Positions 29,301 through 39,330 of a DNA stretch of 64,000 bases are shown piece after piece; position 1 is the first letter of the stretch, and each line of letters begins with the position of its first letter. The DNA lies in assembly GCA_963770565.1 (NCBI GenBank), contig CAVYQE010000011.1:1-64000 (forward strand), written 5' to 3'. Made by a program: the position numbers and the translations under genes. The notes beneath the pieces are model-generated. The model saw only the letters and a list, made by a program, of their open reading frames with translations. It was not told the DNA's origin and did no database searches. Origin of the DNA: an uncultured Actinomycetota bacterium. Its GTDB lineage: Bacteria; Actinomycetota; Actinomycetes; JAFAQI01.

Positions 29301-30519
29301 GTGGCCGAGTTCCCGAAGATCGTCTCGGTCGACGATCACGTCGTCGAACCGCCGAATCTCTGGCAGGACCGGCTGCCCGCCGCGATGAAGGACATCGGCC
29401 CGAAAGTCGTCTTTGCGCCCAAGGGCGATGTCGAGTTTCGTCGGCGGCAAGCTGACCGTGTCGATGGGCGAGCCGGGCAGCGGACCGGACGTCGCGTGGT
29501 GGATATATGAGGACCTGAAGCGCCCGCTGATGCGGCTCGACGCGTCCGTCGGCTTCGATCGCGACGAGGTCGACCTCCGGCTCGTCAGCTACGACGACAT
29601 GCGGCCGGGTGCCTACACGGTCGTCGATCGGCTCGCCGACATGGACATCAACTGGACCGACTCGCAGATGTGCTTCCCCACCTTCCCGCGGTTCTGCGGC
29701 CAGACCTTCCTGGAGGCAAAGGACAAGGCGGTCGCGCTCGAGTGCGTAAAGGCCTACAACGACTTCCAGGTCGAGGAGTGGGCCGGGCCGGCCGGCGGCC
29801 GGTTGATCCCATTGATCATCGTGCCCTTGTGGGACGCCGGGCTCGCCGCCGCCGAGGTACGCCGAAATGCCGCCAGGGGAGTGCGCGCGACCTGTTTCAG
29901 CGAGATCCCGCCGTTCCTCAACTTGCCGAGCCTGCACGACAAGGACCGCTACTGGGACCCGTTCTTCGCGGCCTGCGAGGAGACCGGCACGGTCATCAAC
30001 ATGCACATCGGCTCGTCATCGAAGATGCCCTCGACGTCGAAGGACGCGCCGGCCGCGGTGGGTTCGACCCTGACCTTCGCCAACTCCTGCTACTCGCTCG
30101 TGGACTGGCTGATGAGCGGGACGTTCGTCCGCTTCCCGAAGCTTCAGGTCGCGTTCTCCGAAGGGTCGATCGGCTGGATCCCCTACGTCCTGCACCGCGC
30201 CGACGTGGTCTGGGAGGAGAACCGCGGCTGGGGCGGCGTCGCCGACACGGTGACCCAGCCGCCGAGTGAGCTGTATTTCCAGCACGTCCTCGGCTGCTTC
30301 TTCGACGACCCGCACGGACTGCTCAACCTCGAGCACATCGGCGTGGACAACGTCGCGTACGAGAGCGACTACCCGCACTCGGACTCCACCTGGCCGAACA
30401 CCCGCGCGGTCGCCGAGCAGCAGATGAAGCATCTCGAGGCCGACGTGGTCGAGAAGATCGTCCGCGGCAACGCGATCCGGATCTACGACCTGACCCCCGA
30501 AGGCCGCTGGAAGGGCTAG
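29301..30519 (+). CDS. Amidohydrolase-2 family protein with an apparent +1 T frameshift at 29436-29438
   Basis: SVDDHVVEP in one frame joins CFPTFPRF, YND, MHIGS, ESDYPHSDSTWP in another when one T is removed from GAGTTTCGTC. Confidence 0.82.
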
Positions 30520-30527
30520 CGCAACCG

Positions 30528-32252
30528 ATGCTCGACTACCTCGTCAAGGGCGGCACGATCGTTGACGGCAGCGGTTCTCCGTCGTACGTCGGTGACATCG
30601 GTGTGCGGGACGGGCGGATCGTTGCGCTCGGCATGGTCGACGAGGAGGCCGCGGAGACCGTCGACGCGACCGGCCTCGTCGTGACGCCTGGCTTCATCGA
30701 CAACCACACCCACTACGACGCGCAGTTGTTCTGGGACCCGTGGGTCACGCCGTCGAACGAACACGGGGTCACGACCGTTCTCGGTGGCAACTGCGGGTTC
30801 ACCCTTGCGCCTCTGCGGCCGGAGGACGCCGACTACACCCGCCGGATGATGCAGAAGGTCGAAGGCATGCCGCTCGAGGCGCTGGAGACCGGCGTGCGCT
30901 GGGGGTGGGAGACCTTCGCGGACTACCTCGCCGCCGTCGAAGAGGCCGAGCTCGCAGTCAACGCCGGCTTCCTGGTCGGCCACTGTGCGATCCGTCGCTA
31001 CGTCATGGGCGCCGAGGCCACCGATCGCGAGGCGACCGAGGCGGAGATCGCGCAGATCGTGGCGCTGCTGCACGAGTCGATCGCCGCCGGGGGCCTGGGG
31101 CTCTCGACCACGCTGTCGAACACCCACTCCGACGGCGACGGCAAGCCGGTGGCCTCGCGCAAGGCCGGCAAGGACGAGCTGATCGCGCTGTGTACGGCGG
31201 TCGGCGAGCACGAGGGCACCTTCATCGAGGGCATCGTGCCTGGCTGCCTCGACAAGTTCACCGACGACGAGATCGAACTGCTCGCGCAGATGACCGCTGC
31301 CGCGAAGCGATCCATCAACTGGAACCTGCTGACGATCGACTCCCGCGAACCGGACCGGATCCCTCGCCAGCTGGAGGCATCGGCCCGCGCACGCGAGCTG
31401 GGCGGGCGGATCATTGCGCTGACCATGCCGGTCCTGGTGCCCATGAACATGAGCCTGCTCAACTTCTGCGGCCTGTGGCTGATCCCCGGCTGGAACGCCG
31501 TACTCAACTGCCCGGTGCCGGAACGGATCGAGAAGCTGCGCGACCCCGAGGTGCGGGCGCACATGATCGAGCGGGTCAACAGCAAGGAGGCCGGGGTGTT
31601 CCGCCGGCTCGGCAGCTTCGGCCGCTACGTCATCGGCGACACCTACAGCGCGGCCAACGAAGGGTTGAAGGGCCGGGTGGTCCGCGACATCGCCACCGAG
31701 CGCGGTCAGGCCGACTTCGACACGCTGATCGAGATCTGCATCAACGACGACCTCCGGACCATCCTGTGGCCGATGCCGAACGACAACGACCCGGACACCT
31801 GGGCGTTGCGCCGGCAGGCCTGGGCCGAGGAGGACATCATGCTCGGCGGGTCGGATGCCGGCGCGCACCTTGACCGGATGGCGGGCGCACCGTTCCCGAC
31901 CCGGTTCCTCGGCGACATGATCCGCGGCCGGCAGCTCGTGCCGCTCGAACGCGCGGTGCAGATGATCACCGGGGCGCAGGCTGACGTCTTCGGGATCATC
32001 GACCGTGGCTATCTCCGCGAGGGTCATCACGCCGACGTCGTCGTGTTCGATCCGGTCGAGATCGCCTCGGAGGACGCCTCGCTGCACTTCGACCTGCCCG
32101 GCAACGCGCCCCGGCTGACCGCGGGCGCGATCGGGATCAAGCGGGTCCTGGTCAACGGCGTCGAGACGATCCGCGACGGTCAGGTCACCGGCGCGCGGCC
32201 GGGCAAGTTGCTGCGATCCGGCCGCGACACCGTGACGGTCGCGACCAGCTGA
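30528..32252 (+). CDS. N-acyl-D-amino-acid deacylase family amidohydrolase
   Basis: PGFIDNHTHYD, GNCG, SDAGAH, ADVVVFDP. Confidence 0.9.
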   Translation: MLDYLVKGGTIVDGSGSPSYVGDIGVRDGRIVALGMVDEEAAETVDATGLVVTPGFIDNHTHYDAQLFWDPWVTPSNEHGVTTVLGGNCGFTLAPLRPEDADYTRRMMQKVEGMPLEALETGVRWGWETFADYLAAVEEAELAVNAGFLVGHCAIRRYVMGAEATDREATEAEIAQIVALLHESIAAGGLGLSTTLSNTHSDGDGKPVASRKAGKDELIALCTAVGEHEGTFIEGIVPGCLDKFTDDEIELLAQMTAAAKRSINWNLLTIDSREPDRIPRQLEASARARELGGRIIALTMPVLVPMNMSLLNFCGLWLIPGWNAVLNCPVPERIEKLRDPEVRAHMIERVNSKEAGVFRRLGSFGRYVIGDTYSAANEGLKGRVVRDIATERGQADFDTLIEICINDDLRTILWPMPNDNDPDTWALRRQAWAEEDIMLGGSDAGAHLDRMAGAPFPTRFLGDMIRGRQLVPLERAVQMITGAQADVFGIIDRGYLREGHHADVVVFDPVEIASEDASLHFDLPGNAPRLTAGAIGIKRVLVNGVETIRDGQVTGARPGKLLRSGRDTVTVATS

Positions 32253-32272
32253 AGACCCCGGTTCGCCGTAAG

Positions 32273-32336
32273 TGTTGATCATGGCGAAGCGAGCGAAAAA
32301 TCGACACGAAAATGACGCCTTTCGTCATGATCAACA
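32273..32336. repeat. REP-like inverted repeat element between convergent genes
   Basis: TGTTGATCATGGCGAA ... TTCGTCATGATCAACA (15 of 16 complementary) around an A-rich spacer. Confidence 0.7.
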
Positions 32337-32357
32337 GTGGCGGCCGCTGAGTCCGGG

Positions 32358-33299
32358 TCAGCGGGTCAGGAAGTCGAGCAGGCCCTGCATGTAGGTCGCC
32401 TGGTCGTCGATCTGGGCGAGGTGGCTGCCGTTCGGGCAGTGCCAGTAGGAGCCGTTCGGCATCTGCTCGGCCATCCAGCGCAGGTACGCCGGATCCATCG
32501 TGTCGTGCTCGGCACCGATGACCAGCGTGGGTGTCTCGATCCGATGCAGGTCGGCGCTGCGGTCCCACACGGCCAGCTTCCCCGAGGCCCCGAGCTCGCT
32601 CGGGCCCTGCATCGAGACGTAGACCTCCTCGTTCATGTGTTTGAACGTTCGGTGGACCGGATCCGGCCAGTCGGCGGACGGCATCCGCAGGACGTGGTGC
32701 ACGTAGTGCTGCTCGATGAGTAGCTGCATGTACGCCGGATCGGAGGTCTCGCCGGCCGCCTCCAGCCGCTTGATCTCGGCCAGCGCGACCGGGTCCATCT
32801 GCGGCATCAGGACCTCCTCGGCGTACCGGTTGTACGCCGGGATGCTCGACATCATGTTGGAGATGACGAGGCCCTTCAGCGCATCCCGGTGCGCGAGGGC
32901 GTACTCGATCGCGAGGATCCCGCCCCACGACTGGCCCAGCAGGTAGAAGTTCGACGCGTCGAGACCGAGGGCCAGCCGCACCTGCTCGACCTCATCGACG
33001 AATCGCGGGAGCTCCCACAGGTCCGGCTCGTCCGGTTGGTCGCTGTAGGCCGACCCGAGCTGGTCGTAGTAGTAGTACTCGACGCCGGCGCCCGGCAGGA
33101 AGCAGTCGAACTGCTCGAACTGCTCGTGCGTGCACCCCGGACCGCCGTGCAGCAACAGCAACTTGATCGTTGGGTTGTTGCCGACCCGCTTCGTCCAGAC
33201 CCGGAACTCGCCCTTGGCGGTCTGGATCGGAATCATTCGTACGCCGCCCGAGTGCAGGTCGTCGCGCCCGGTGTTGTCGAAGTAGCTCGCGTCCGCCAT
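32358..33299 (-). CDS. Proline iminopeptidase-family alpha/beta hydrolase
   Basis: LLHGGPG, YDQLGS, GQSWGG, CPNGSH. Confidence 0.9.
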   Translation of the reverse strand: MADASYFDNTGRDDLHSGGVRMIPIQTAKGEFRVWTKRVGNNPTIKLLLLHGGPGCTHEQFEQFDCFLPGAGVEYYYYDQLGSAYSDQPDEPDLWELPRFVDEVEQVRLALGLDASNFYLLGQSWGGILAIEYALAHRDALKGLVISNMMSSIPAYNRYAEEVLMPQMDPVALAEIKRLEAAGETSDPAYMQLLIEQHYVHHVLRMPSADWPDPVHRTFKHMNEEVYVSMQGPSELGASGKLAVWDRSADLHRIETPTLVIGAEHDTMDPAYLRWMAEQMPNGSYWHCPNGSHLAQIDDQATYMQGLLDFLTR

Positions 33300-33354
33300 A
33301 ACCGGGAGTCCTATCATCCGCGCACGGACTGGGACAGTGGTCGAAGGAGCTTCG

Positions 33355-33792
33355 ATGGCAACGCCATGGACCATCACGTTCGATTGCACGGAGCCGGCCC
33401 GGATGGCCGAGTTCTGGGGCATCGCGCTCGGCTACGTCGAGGAACCGCCCCCCACCGGGTTCGCGAGCTGGGACCAGTGGCTCGCCGACATGGGGGTGCC
33501 GCCCGAGGAGTGGGAGGACGGCGCGTCGGTGTGCGACCCGGATGGGGTCGGCCCGAGGATGTCGTTTCTCAAGGTGCCGGAACCCAAACAGGCGAAGAAC
33601 CGCATGCACATCGACATCCAGGCCGGCGGTGGCCGCGCGACGCCGTTGGAGGTGCGCTGGCCGCGAGTGACCGCCGCGGTCGAGCGGCTGGTCACGGTCG
33701 GCGCGGTGGTGATCGCGCAGTCCGACCTGGACGGCCATCCCGACCACATGGTCATGGCCGATCCGGAGGGCAACGAGTTCTGCGTGGTCTAG
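33355..33792 (+). CDS. VOC/glyoxalase-like protein
   Basis: TFDC, VPEPKQAKNRMHID, DPEGNEFC. Confidence 0.88.
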   Translation: MATPWTITFDCTEPARMAEFWGIALGYVEEPPPTGFASWDQWLADMGVPPEEWEDGASVCDPDGVGPRMSFLKVPEPKQAKNRMHIDIQAGGGRATPLEVRWPRVTAAVERLVTVGAVVIAQSDLDGHPDHMVMADPEGNEFCVV

Positions 33793-33833
33793 ACGGTCGC
33801 GCCACAGTACGTGCATCGACATAGTGTCGGCGG

Positions 33834-35108
33834 GTGGCTCCCGCGGTTGCGTTGCGTCGGAATCGCGACTTCGTACTCCTCCAGCTCGGCCAGTTGCTGT
33901 CCGACGCCGGCGGCGGGTCGACCACGATTGCTTATCCGCTGCTCGTGCTCGCGCTGACACACTCGCCGGCCAAGGCCGGTGTGGTGACGTTTGCCCGCAT
34001 GCTGCCGCTCGCCCTGCTCGCTTTGCCGGCCGGTTTGCTGGCCGATCGCTGGAACCGCAAGTGGCTGATGATCGGCGCAGACAGCGCTCGGGCGATCGGC
34101 GTCGGAGTGCTGGCCGTGCTGATCGTGACCGGCCACCTTGATTACTGGGTGTTACCGGTGGTCGCGGTGGTCGAGGGCAGCGGCACCGCACTGTTCAACG
34201 CCGCGCAGGCGGGTGCTCTGCGCAACGTCGTACCGCTCGAGCAGCTGCCCGCCGCGGTCGGCGTCCAGAGCGGACGTACCGCTGTGGTGGAGCTCGCCGG
34301 CTCGCCACTCGGGGGCGTGTTGTTCGCGGTTGCGCGCGCCGTTCCGTTCGTCGTCGACGCGGCGTCGTACGTGTTCTCCACCGGGTCGTTGCTGGCGATG
34401 CGCACACCGTTTCAGCAGGCCCGCGAGCCGGATCGCTCGTCGGTGCGGCAACGGCTGGCCGAAGGCCTGCGCTACCTCTGGGGGGAACCCTTCCTGCGGA
34501 CCTGCGCGCTGCTGTTCGGCGTGGCCAACTTCATCATCCCAGGCCTGCTGCTCGCGCTCGTCGTGCTTGCTGACCGCCGCGGTCTGTCCGGCGGCGAGGT
34601 CGGGTTGCTCGTCGCGGTCTTCGGCGCGTCCCTGCTGGTCGGCTCGTTCCTCTCGTCACTGGTCCGCCGGAAGTTCGGCGCCCGGCAGGTGATGCTGCTC
34701 GAGCTATGGACCTACCTCGGTTGTGTGGTCTTCCTCGCGTGGCCGAACGTCTTCGTCCTCGCCGCCTGCCTGGTGCCGACCGGCTTGGCGATCGCCCCGA
34801 ACGACTCGGTGGTCCACGGATACCGGCTCGCGATGACCCCGGACCGGTTGATCGGCAGGGCCGAGTCGGTGCGCAGCATGATCTCGTTGGTGCTGGCTCC
34901 GCTCGGGCCGCTGGTGGCCGGGGTGCTGCTCAGCGTCAGCTCTCCGCGGGTCACGATCGGCGTGTTCTTCGGGATCGGTGTCGTGCTCGCGGCGTGGGGA
35001 ACGCTCAGCCCGTCGATCCGAGCGGCACCGAGCCTCGACGAGATCGTCGCGGCCGCTACCCGGTCGGCCGCGGTCGCGACAGCAGATCCTCCACCGGCAG
35101 GGTGTTGA
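33834..35108 (+). CDS. MFS transporter (DHA3-like)
   Basis: LRRNRDF, GLLADRWNRK, multiple TM segments. Confidence 0.87.
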   Translation: MAPAVALRRNRDFVLLQLGQLLSDAGGGSTTIAYPLLVLALTHSPAKAGVVTFARMLPLALLALPAGLLADRWNRKWLMIGADSARAIGVGVLAVLIVTGHLDYWVLPVVAVVEGSGTALFNAAQAGALRNVVPLEQLPAAVGVQSGRTAVVELAGSPLGGVLFAVARAVPFVVDAASYVFSTGSLLAMRTPFQQAREPDRSSVRQRLAEGLRYLWGEPFLRTCALLFGVANFIIPGLLLALVVLADRRGLSGGEVGLLVAVFGASLLVGSFLSSLVRRKFGARQVMLLELWTYLGCVVFLAWPNVFVLAACLVPTGLAIAPNDSVVHGYRLAMTPDRLIGRAESVRSMISLVLAPLGPLVAGVLLSVSSPRVTIGVFFGIGVVLAAWGTLSPSIRAAPSLDEIVAAATRSAAVATADPPPAGC

Positions 35109-36084
35109 TCACCCGGCTCGGGTCGAGGTCGCATTCCTCCGCGCGCACACAGCCGTTCACCTGCCACTCGAGCTGGCCCGGCGCATGCGCATCGGTGTCG
35201 ATCGAGAACACGCAACCGGTGTCGATCGCCTGTCGCAGGAGCCGACGGGGTGGGTCGAGTCGCTCCGGCCGCGAGTTGATCTCGACCGCGACGCCGAACT
35301 GGCGGCAGGCCTCGAACACGATCGCGGCGTCGAACTCGGACTCCGCCCGGCCACGGCCGGACAGCAGGCGGCCGGTGCAGTGGCCGAGGATGTCGGTGTG
35401 CGGGTTGGCGATCGCCAGGACCATCCGGCGGGTCATCGCGGCAGCATCCATCCGCAGCTTCGAGTGCACCGAGGCGACCACGATGTCGAGCTCCGCGAGC
35501 AGTTCCTCCGCCTGGTCCAGCCCGCCGTCGTCGAGGATGTCGACCTCGATCCCGGTCAGGATCCGGAACGGCGCCATCTCCTCGTTCAGTCGCCGCACGA
35601 TCGCCAGCTGCTCGCGCAACCGGTCAGGTGAGAGGCCGCGCGCGACGGTGAGGCGCGGCGAGTGGTCGGTGAGGGCGACGTACTCGTGTCCGAGGTCGCG
35701 GGCCGCCCGGACCATCTCCTCGATCGGCGAGCCGCCGTCGCTCCAGTCGCTGTGGGTGTGCAGGTCGCCCCGCAAGGCCCGGCGCATCGGGCCGGGTGGG
35801 CCGGCGGCCGGCAGGTCGGCCTCGACCTTGGCGAAGTACGCCGGACGCCGCCCGGCCAGGGAGTCGGTGATCACCGCCGCGGTCGAGTCGCCGATCCCGG
35901 GCAGCTTGGTCAAAGTGCGATTGGCGATCCGGGCGTTCATCTCCTTGACCCCGATCGACTCGGCCAGCGCCGCGGCGGTGCGGAACGCCTTCACGCGCGG
36001 GGTGGCGGCGTTGGATTGCTCGAGCAGGTAGGCGATCTCGCGAAGGTCGGCGACCGGATCGCGCGGCGGCGAGGCGTCACTCAC
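35056..36084 (-). CDS. HhH + PHP domain protein (PolX-related, no polymerase core)
   Basis: LPGIG HhH; DLHTHSDWSDG, TDHS, SVHS, HCTGR, EINS, DTDAH. Confidence 0.88.
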   Translation of the reverse strand: MSDASPPRDPVADLREIAYLLEQSNAATPRVKAFRTAAALAESIGVKEMNARIANRTLTKLPGIGDSTAAVITDSLAGRRPAYFAKVEADLPAAGPPGPMRRALRGDLHTHSDWSDGGSPIEEMVRAARDLGHEYVALTDHSPRLTVARGLSPDRLREQLAIVRRLNEEMAPFRILTGIEVDILDDGGLDQAEELLAELDIVVASVHSKLRMDAAAMTRRMVLAIANPHTDILGHCTGRLLSGRGRAESEFDAAIVFEACRQFGVAVEINSRPERLDPPRRLLRQAIDTGCVFSIDTDAHAPGQLEWQVNGCVRAEECDLDPSRVINTLPVEDLLSRPRPTG

Positions 36085-36143
36085 CCCCGCAGTCTCGCAA
36101 GTCGGCTGACGGTCGGCGGTCCGGCCCACTTGTCGGCCGAAAA

Positions 36144-36157
36144 GGGAACGTGTTCTA
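36144..36157. promoter_or_regulatory. KstR-type box upstream of the ferredoxin gene
   Basis: GGGAACGTGTTCTA versus TnnAACnnGTTnnA, one mismatch. Confidence 0.6.
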
Positions 36158-36165
36158 CTTTTGCG

Positions 36166-36375
36166 GTGAGCGATGCGGAGATCGTGGTCGACTGGGACGA
36201 GTGCGAGGCCAACGCGGTATGCGAGAGCATCCTGCCCCAGGTCTTCCAGGTCGATGAGAACGACATGTTGAACGTCCTGATCGAGCATCCGCCGGCCGAG
36301 CTGCTCGACCAGGTCCAGCAGGCGGTCGACATGTGCCCGAAACGCGCGCTGTCGCTGAAGCGGAGTTCCACGTGA
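36166..36375 (+). CDS. [3Fe-4S] ferredoxin
   Basis: CEANAVC...CPKRAL, 69 aa; GTGA coupling to ADH. Confidence 0.9.
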   Translation: MSDAEIVVDWDECEANAVCESILPQVFQVDENDMLNVLIEHPPAELLDQVQQAVDMCPKRALSLKRSST

Positions 36376-37454
36376 GGGCAGCGGTCCTCCACGAGGTCGG
36401 CAACGAGGCGCTCGACGTCCGCGACGACATCGAGTCGACGCCGGTCACCGACGGTAAGGTCCGGATCAAGATCAAGGCCACCGGCGTCTGCCACTCCGAC
36501 CTATCGGCGATGAACGGCACCATCCCGTGCGCGGTGCCCGCTGTACTCGGACACGAGGGCGCCGGGGAGATCGTCGAGGTCGGCGCCGGGGTCGAGGGCT
36601 TGCAGGTCGGCGACCACGCCGTCATCTGCTGGTCGCCGCAATGCGGCCGTTGCACGGACTGCGTCAACGGCAAGCCGCACCTGTGCATGACGTACATGCT
36701 CGACGCCTTCATGGACGCGCACTTCACGATGGGCGGTACCCCGATCTACGGGATGGCCGGCGCCGGCACCTTCGCCGAGGAGCTGATCGTCCCGGCCGCC
36801 GGCGCGATCAAGATCGACACCGACGTTCCGTACGACATCGCCTCCCTGGTCGGGTGCGGTGTCATGACCGGCGTCGGAGCGGTCGTCAACGCCGCCGAGG
36901 TCAAGCCCGGCTCGTCGGTGCTGATCATCGGCTGTGGTGGCGTCGGGATCAGCGCGATCCAGGGCGCGCGGCTGTCTGGGGCGGCGACGATCGTCGCCGT
37001 CGACATGGTCGAGCACAAGCTGGAGTGGGCGAAGCAGTTCGGTGCGACCCACGCGGTCACGCCGGCCGATCTTCCGGCCGCGCTGCTCGAGCTGACCGCA
37101 GGCGCCGGGTTCGACTATGCCTTCGAGGTGGTCGGGCGGGGAGACACGATCCGCACCGCGTACGACTCGACCCGCCGAGGCGGGATGACGACCGTGGTCG
37201 GCGTCGGGCGGGCCGAGGACATGGTCACGTTCAGCGCCTTCGAGCTGTTCTACAACGAGAAGAACCTGCGCGGGACCTACTACGGCAGCGCCAACATCCG
37301 GCGCGACTTCCCGCGGTTGCTTAACCTGTGGCGGGCCGGCCGGATCGACCTCGAGGGCATGATCACCAAACGGCTGACGATCGACGACATCAACGACGCG
37401 TTCGGCGCGATGCAGGCCGGCGAGGTCATCCGCCAGGTCATCACCTTCGACTGA
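36372..37454 (+). CDS. Zn-dependent alcohol dehydrogenase (class III-like)
   Basis: GVCHSD, GHEGAG, CGRCTDC...C, GCGVMTG, GCGGVG. Confidence 0.93.
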   Translation: MRAAVLHEVGNEALDVRDDIESTPVTDGKVRIKIKATGVCHSDLSAMNGTIPCAVPAVLGHEGAGEIVEVGAGVEGLQVGDHAVICWSPQCGRCTDCVNGKPHLCMTYMLDAFMDAHFTMGGTPIYGMAGAGTFAEELIVPAAGAIKIDTDVPYDIASLVGCGVMTGVGAVVNAAEVKPGSSVLIIGCGGVGISAIQGARLSGAATIVAVDMVEHKLEWAKQFGATHAVTPADLPAALLELTAGAGFDYAFEVVGRGDTIRTAYDSTRRGGMTTVVGVGRAEDMVTFSAFELFYNEKNLRGTYYGSANIRRDFPRLLNLWRAGRIDLEGMITKRLTIDDINDAFGAMQAGEVIRQVITFD

Positions 37455-37483
37455 CCCTTCGCCACCAACCCGGGGAGTCCTTG

Positions 37484-38314
37484 ATGCAGGTCGGGCTCGC
37501 GCTGTTTTCCACCGACCGGACCACCGACATCCGCGATGTCGCGCGCGCCGCAGAGGACGCCGGGTTCGAGAGCCTGTTCGTCGCCGAGCACACCCACATC
37601 CCGGTCTCGCGTGACTCGGCGTACCCACTCGGCGACGAGCTGCCCGAGGAGTACTCGCACACCCTTGATCCATTCGTTGCGCTGTCGGCCGCTGCCGCGG
37701 TGACCGAGCGGATCAGGCTGGGCACCGGGATCTGCCTGGTCAACCAGCGCGACCCAGTCGTCCTGGCCAAGGAGGTGTCCTCGCTCGACCTGCTCTCCGG
37801 CGGCCGGGTGCTGTTCGGCGTCGGCGCGGGATGGAACGCCGAGGAAATGGCTACCCACGGCATTGCCTTCGACCAGCGGTGGGACGTGCTGCGCGATCGG
37901 GTGAAGCTGATGCAGGCGCTGTGGGCGTCGGAGGTTGCGTCGTACGACGGGGAGTTCGTGCGGGTTGCGCCGTCATGGCAATGGCCGAAGCCGGTCCAGA
38001 ATCCGGTGCCCGTGCTGGTCGGTGGAGGCGGCGCCAGGCCGATGCGACACGCGGTGGAGTACGGGACCGGCTGGATGCCGATGCCGTCGCGCCAGAAGTT
38101 CGGTGAGCGACTGGCGAGGCTGGCCGAGATCGCCGCCGAGGCGGGTCGGCCGGTGCCCTCGGTGACGTTGCATGCCGCACGGCCGGATGCCGCGGTGCTC
38201 GGCCACTACGCAGCGATGGGGATCGAGCGGGCCGTACTGATCCTTCCGCCGATGGCCGACGCGCTCCCGGTCGTCCGCGAGTGGTCGGCCCTGACCGACG
38301 TCGCTCGTGGCTGA
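37484..38314 (+). CDS. LLM-class F420-dependent oxidoreductase
   Basis: AEHTHIP, DPFVAL, LDLLSGGR, WPKPVQ. Confidence 0.88.
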   Translation: MQVGLALFSTDRTTDIRDVARAAEDAGFESLFVAEHTHIPVSRDSAYPLGDELPEEYSHTLDPFVALSAAAAVTERIRLGTGICLVNQRDPVVLAKEVSSLDLLSGGRVLFGVGAGWNAEEMATHGIAFDQRWDVLRDRVKLMQALWASEVASYDGEFVRVAPSWQWPKPVQNPVPVLVGGGGARPMRHAVEYGTGWMPMPSRQKFGERLARLAEIAAEAGRPVPSVTLHAARPDAAVLGHYAAMGIERAVLILPPMADALPVVREWSALTDVARG

Positions 38315-39287
38315 CCTGCGGATCGGCATCCTCGGCGCGGCGCGAATCGCGCCGTCCGCGCTGATCAAACCGGCCGGGGCCGTGCCCGGTGTCGAGGTCG
38401 CGGCGATCGCCGCCCGCGATCCGGCCCGAGCCGCGGCCTTCGCTCGCAAGCACGGGGTCGCCACCGTGCATCAGTCCTACGGCGACCTGATCGCCGATCC
38501 GGCCATCGATGCGGTCTACAACCCGCTGCCCAACGCGCTTCATGCCGAATGGACCCTGAAGGCGCTGGCCGCCGGCAAGCACGTCCTGTGCGAGAAGCCC
38601 TTCACTTCCAACGAGGCCGAGGCGCGAGAGGTGGCCGAAGCGGCCGAGCGATCCGGCTTGGTCGTGATGGAGGCCTATCACTACCGCTACCACCTGATGG
38701 CGTCGATGATCGACACGATCGCGCATGACGGCCGGCTGGGTGAGACCGAGTCGGTCCGGACCTGGATGTGTTTCCCGCTGCCGAAGTTCTCCGACATCCG
38801 GTATTCGTATCCACTCGGTGGCGGGACCACGATGGACTGCTGCTATGCGGTGCACGCGTTGCGGCTGGCCGGACCCGGCGAACCGACCGTCGTGTCGGCG
38901 CGGCCGACGCTGCATACGCCGGACATCGACCGGGCGATGCAGGTGTCGTACGCATTCCCCAATGGTGCGGTCGGCCGATCGGTGGCTTCGATGTGGTCGC
39001 ACCGACTGCTCCGCTTCTCGCTCCGGGTGACCGGGTCGAAGGGCGAGCTGCGAGTTACGAACTTCATCGCCCCGCAGTTCTGGAACCGGCTCTCCTTGAC
39101 CATCGATGGCCGGAGACGACACGAGCGGGTCCGCGGTGAACCGACGTACGACGCTCAGCTGCGGGCGTTTGTCGCGGCGATCCGCGATGGCGGGCCGGTG
39201 CTCACCACTCCGCAGGATGCGATCGTCACGATGCGGTTGATCGACGACATCTACCGTGCGGCCGGGATGCGCTTGCGGGGTCACTGA
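38307..39287 (+). CDS. Gfo/Idh/MocA oxidoreductase
   Basis: GILGAARIA, YNPLPNALH, KHVLCEKP. Confidence 0.9.
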   Translation: MADLRIGILGAARIAPSALIKPAGAVPGVEVAAIAARDPARAAAFARKHGVATVHQSYGDLIADPAIDAVYNPLPNALHAEWTLKALAAGKHVLCEKPFTSNEAEAREVAEAAERSGLVVMEAYHYRYHLMASMIDTIAHDGRLGETESVRTWMCFPLPKFSDIRYSYPLGGGTTMDCCYAVHALRLAGPGEPTVVSARPTLHTPDIDRAMQVSYAFPNGAVGRSVASMWSHRLLRFSLRVTGSKGELRVTNFIAPQFWNRLSLTIDGRRRHERVRGEPTYDAQLRAFVAAIRDGGPVLTTPQDAIVTMRLIDDIYRAAGMRLRGH

Positions 39288-39330
39288 CCGGCGATGTGGC
39301 GGTGATTCGCCGCCCGCAGCGGTAGCTGCT

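Noticed and set aside
29425-29450. Programmed ribosomal frameshift
   Set aside because: No slippery heptamer or evident stimulatory structure; a simple indel explains it.
35056-35108. Functional meaning of convergent 3' overlaps (also 2360-2385)
   Set aside because: Low-complexity tails; such overlaps are common in stop-poor high-GC genomes.
36131-36152. TGTCGG as a PafBC promoter before the ferredoxin
   Set aside because: No TA-N3-T at the required 10-nt spacing.
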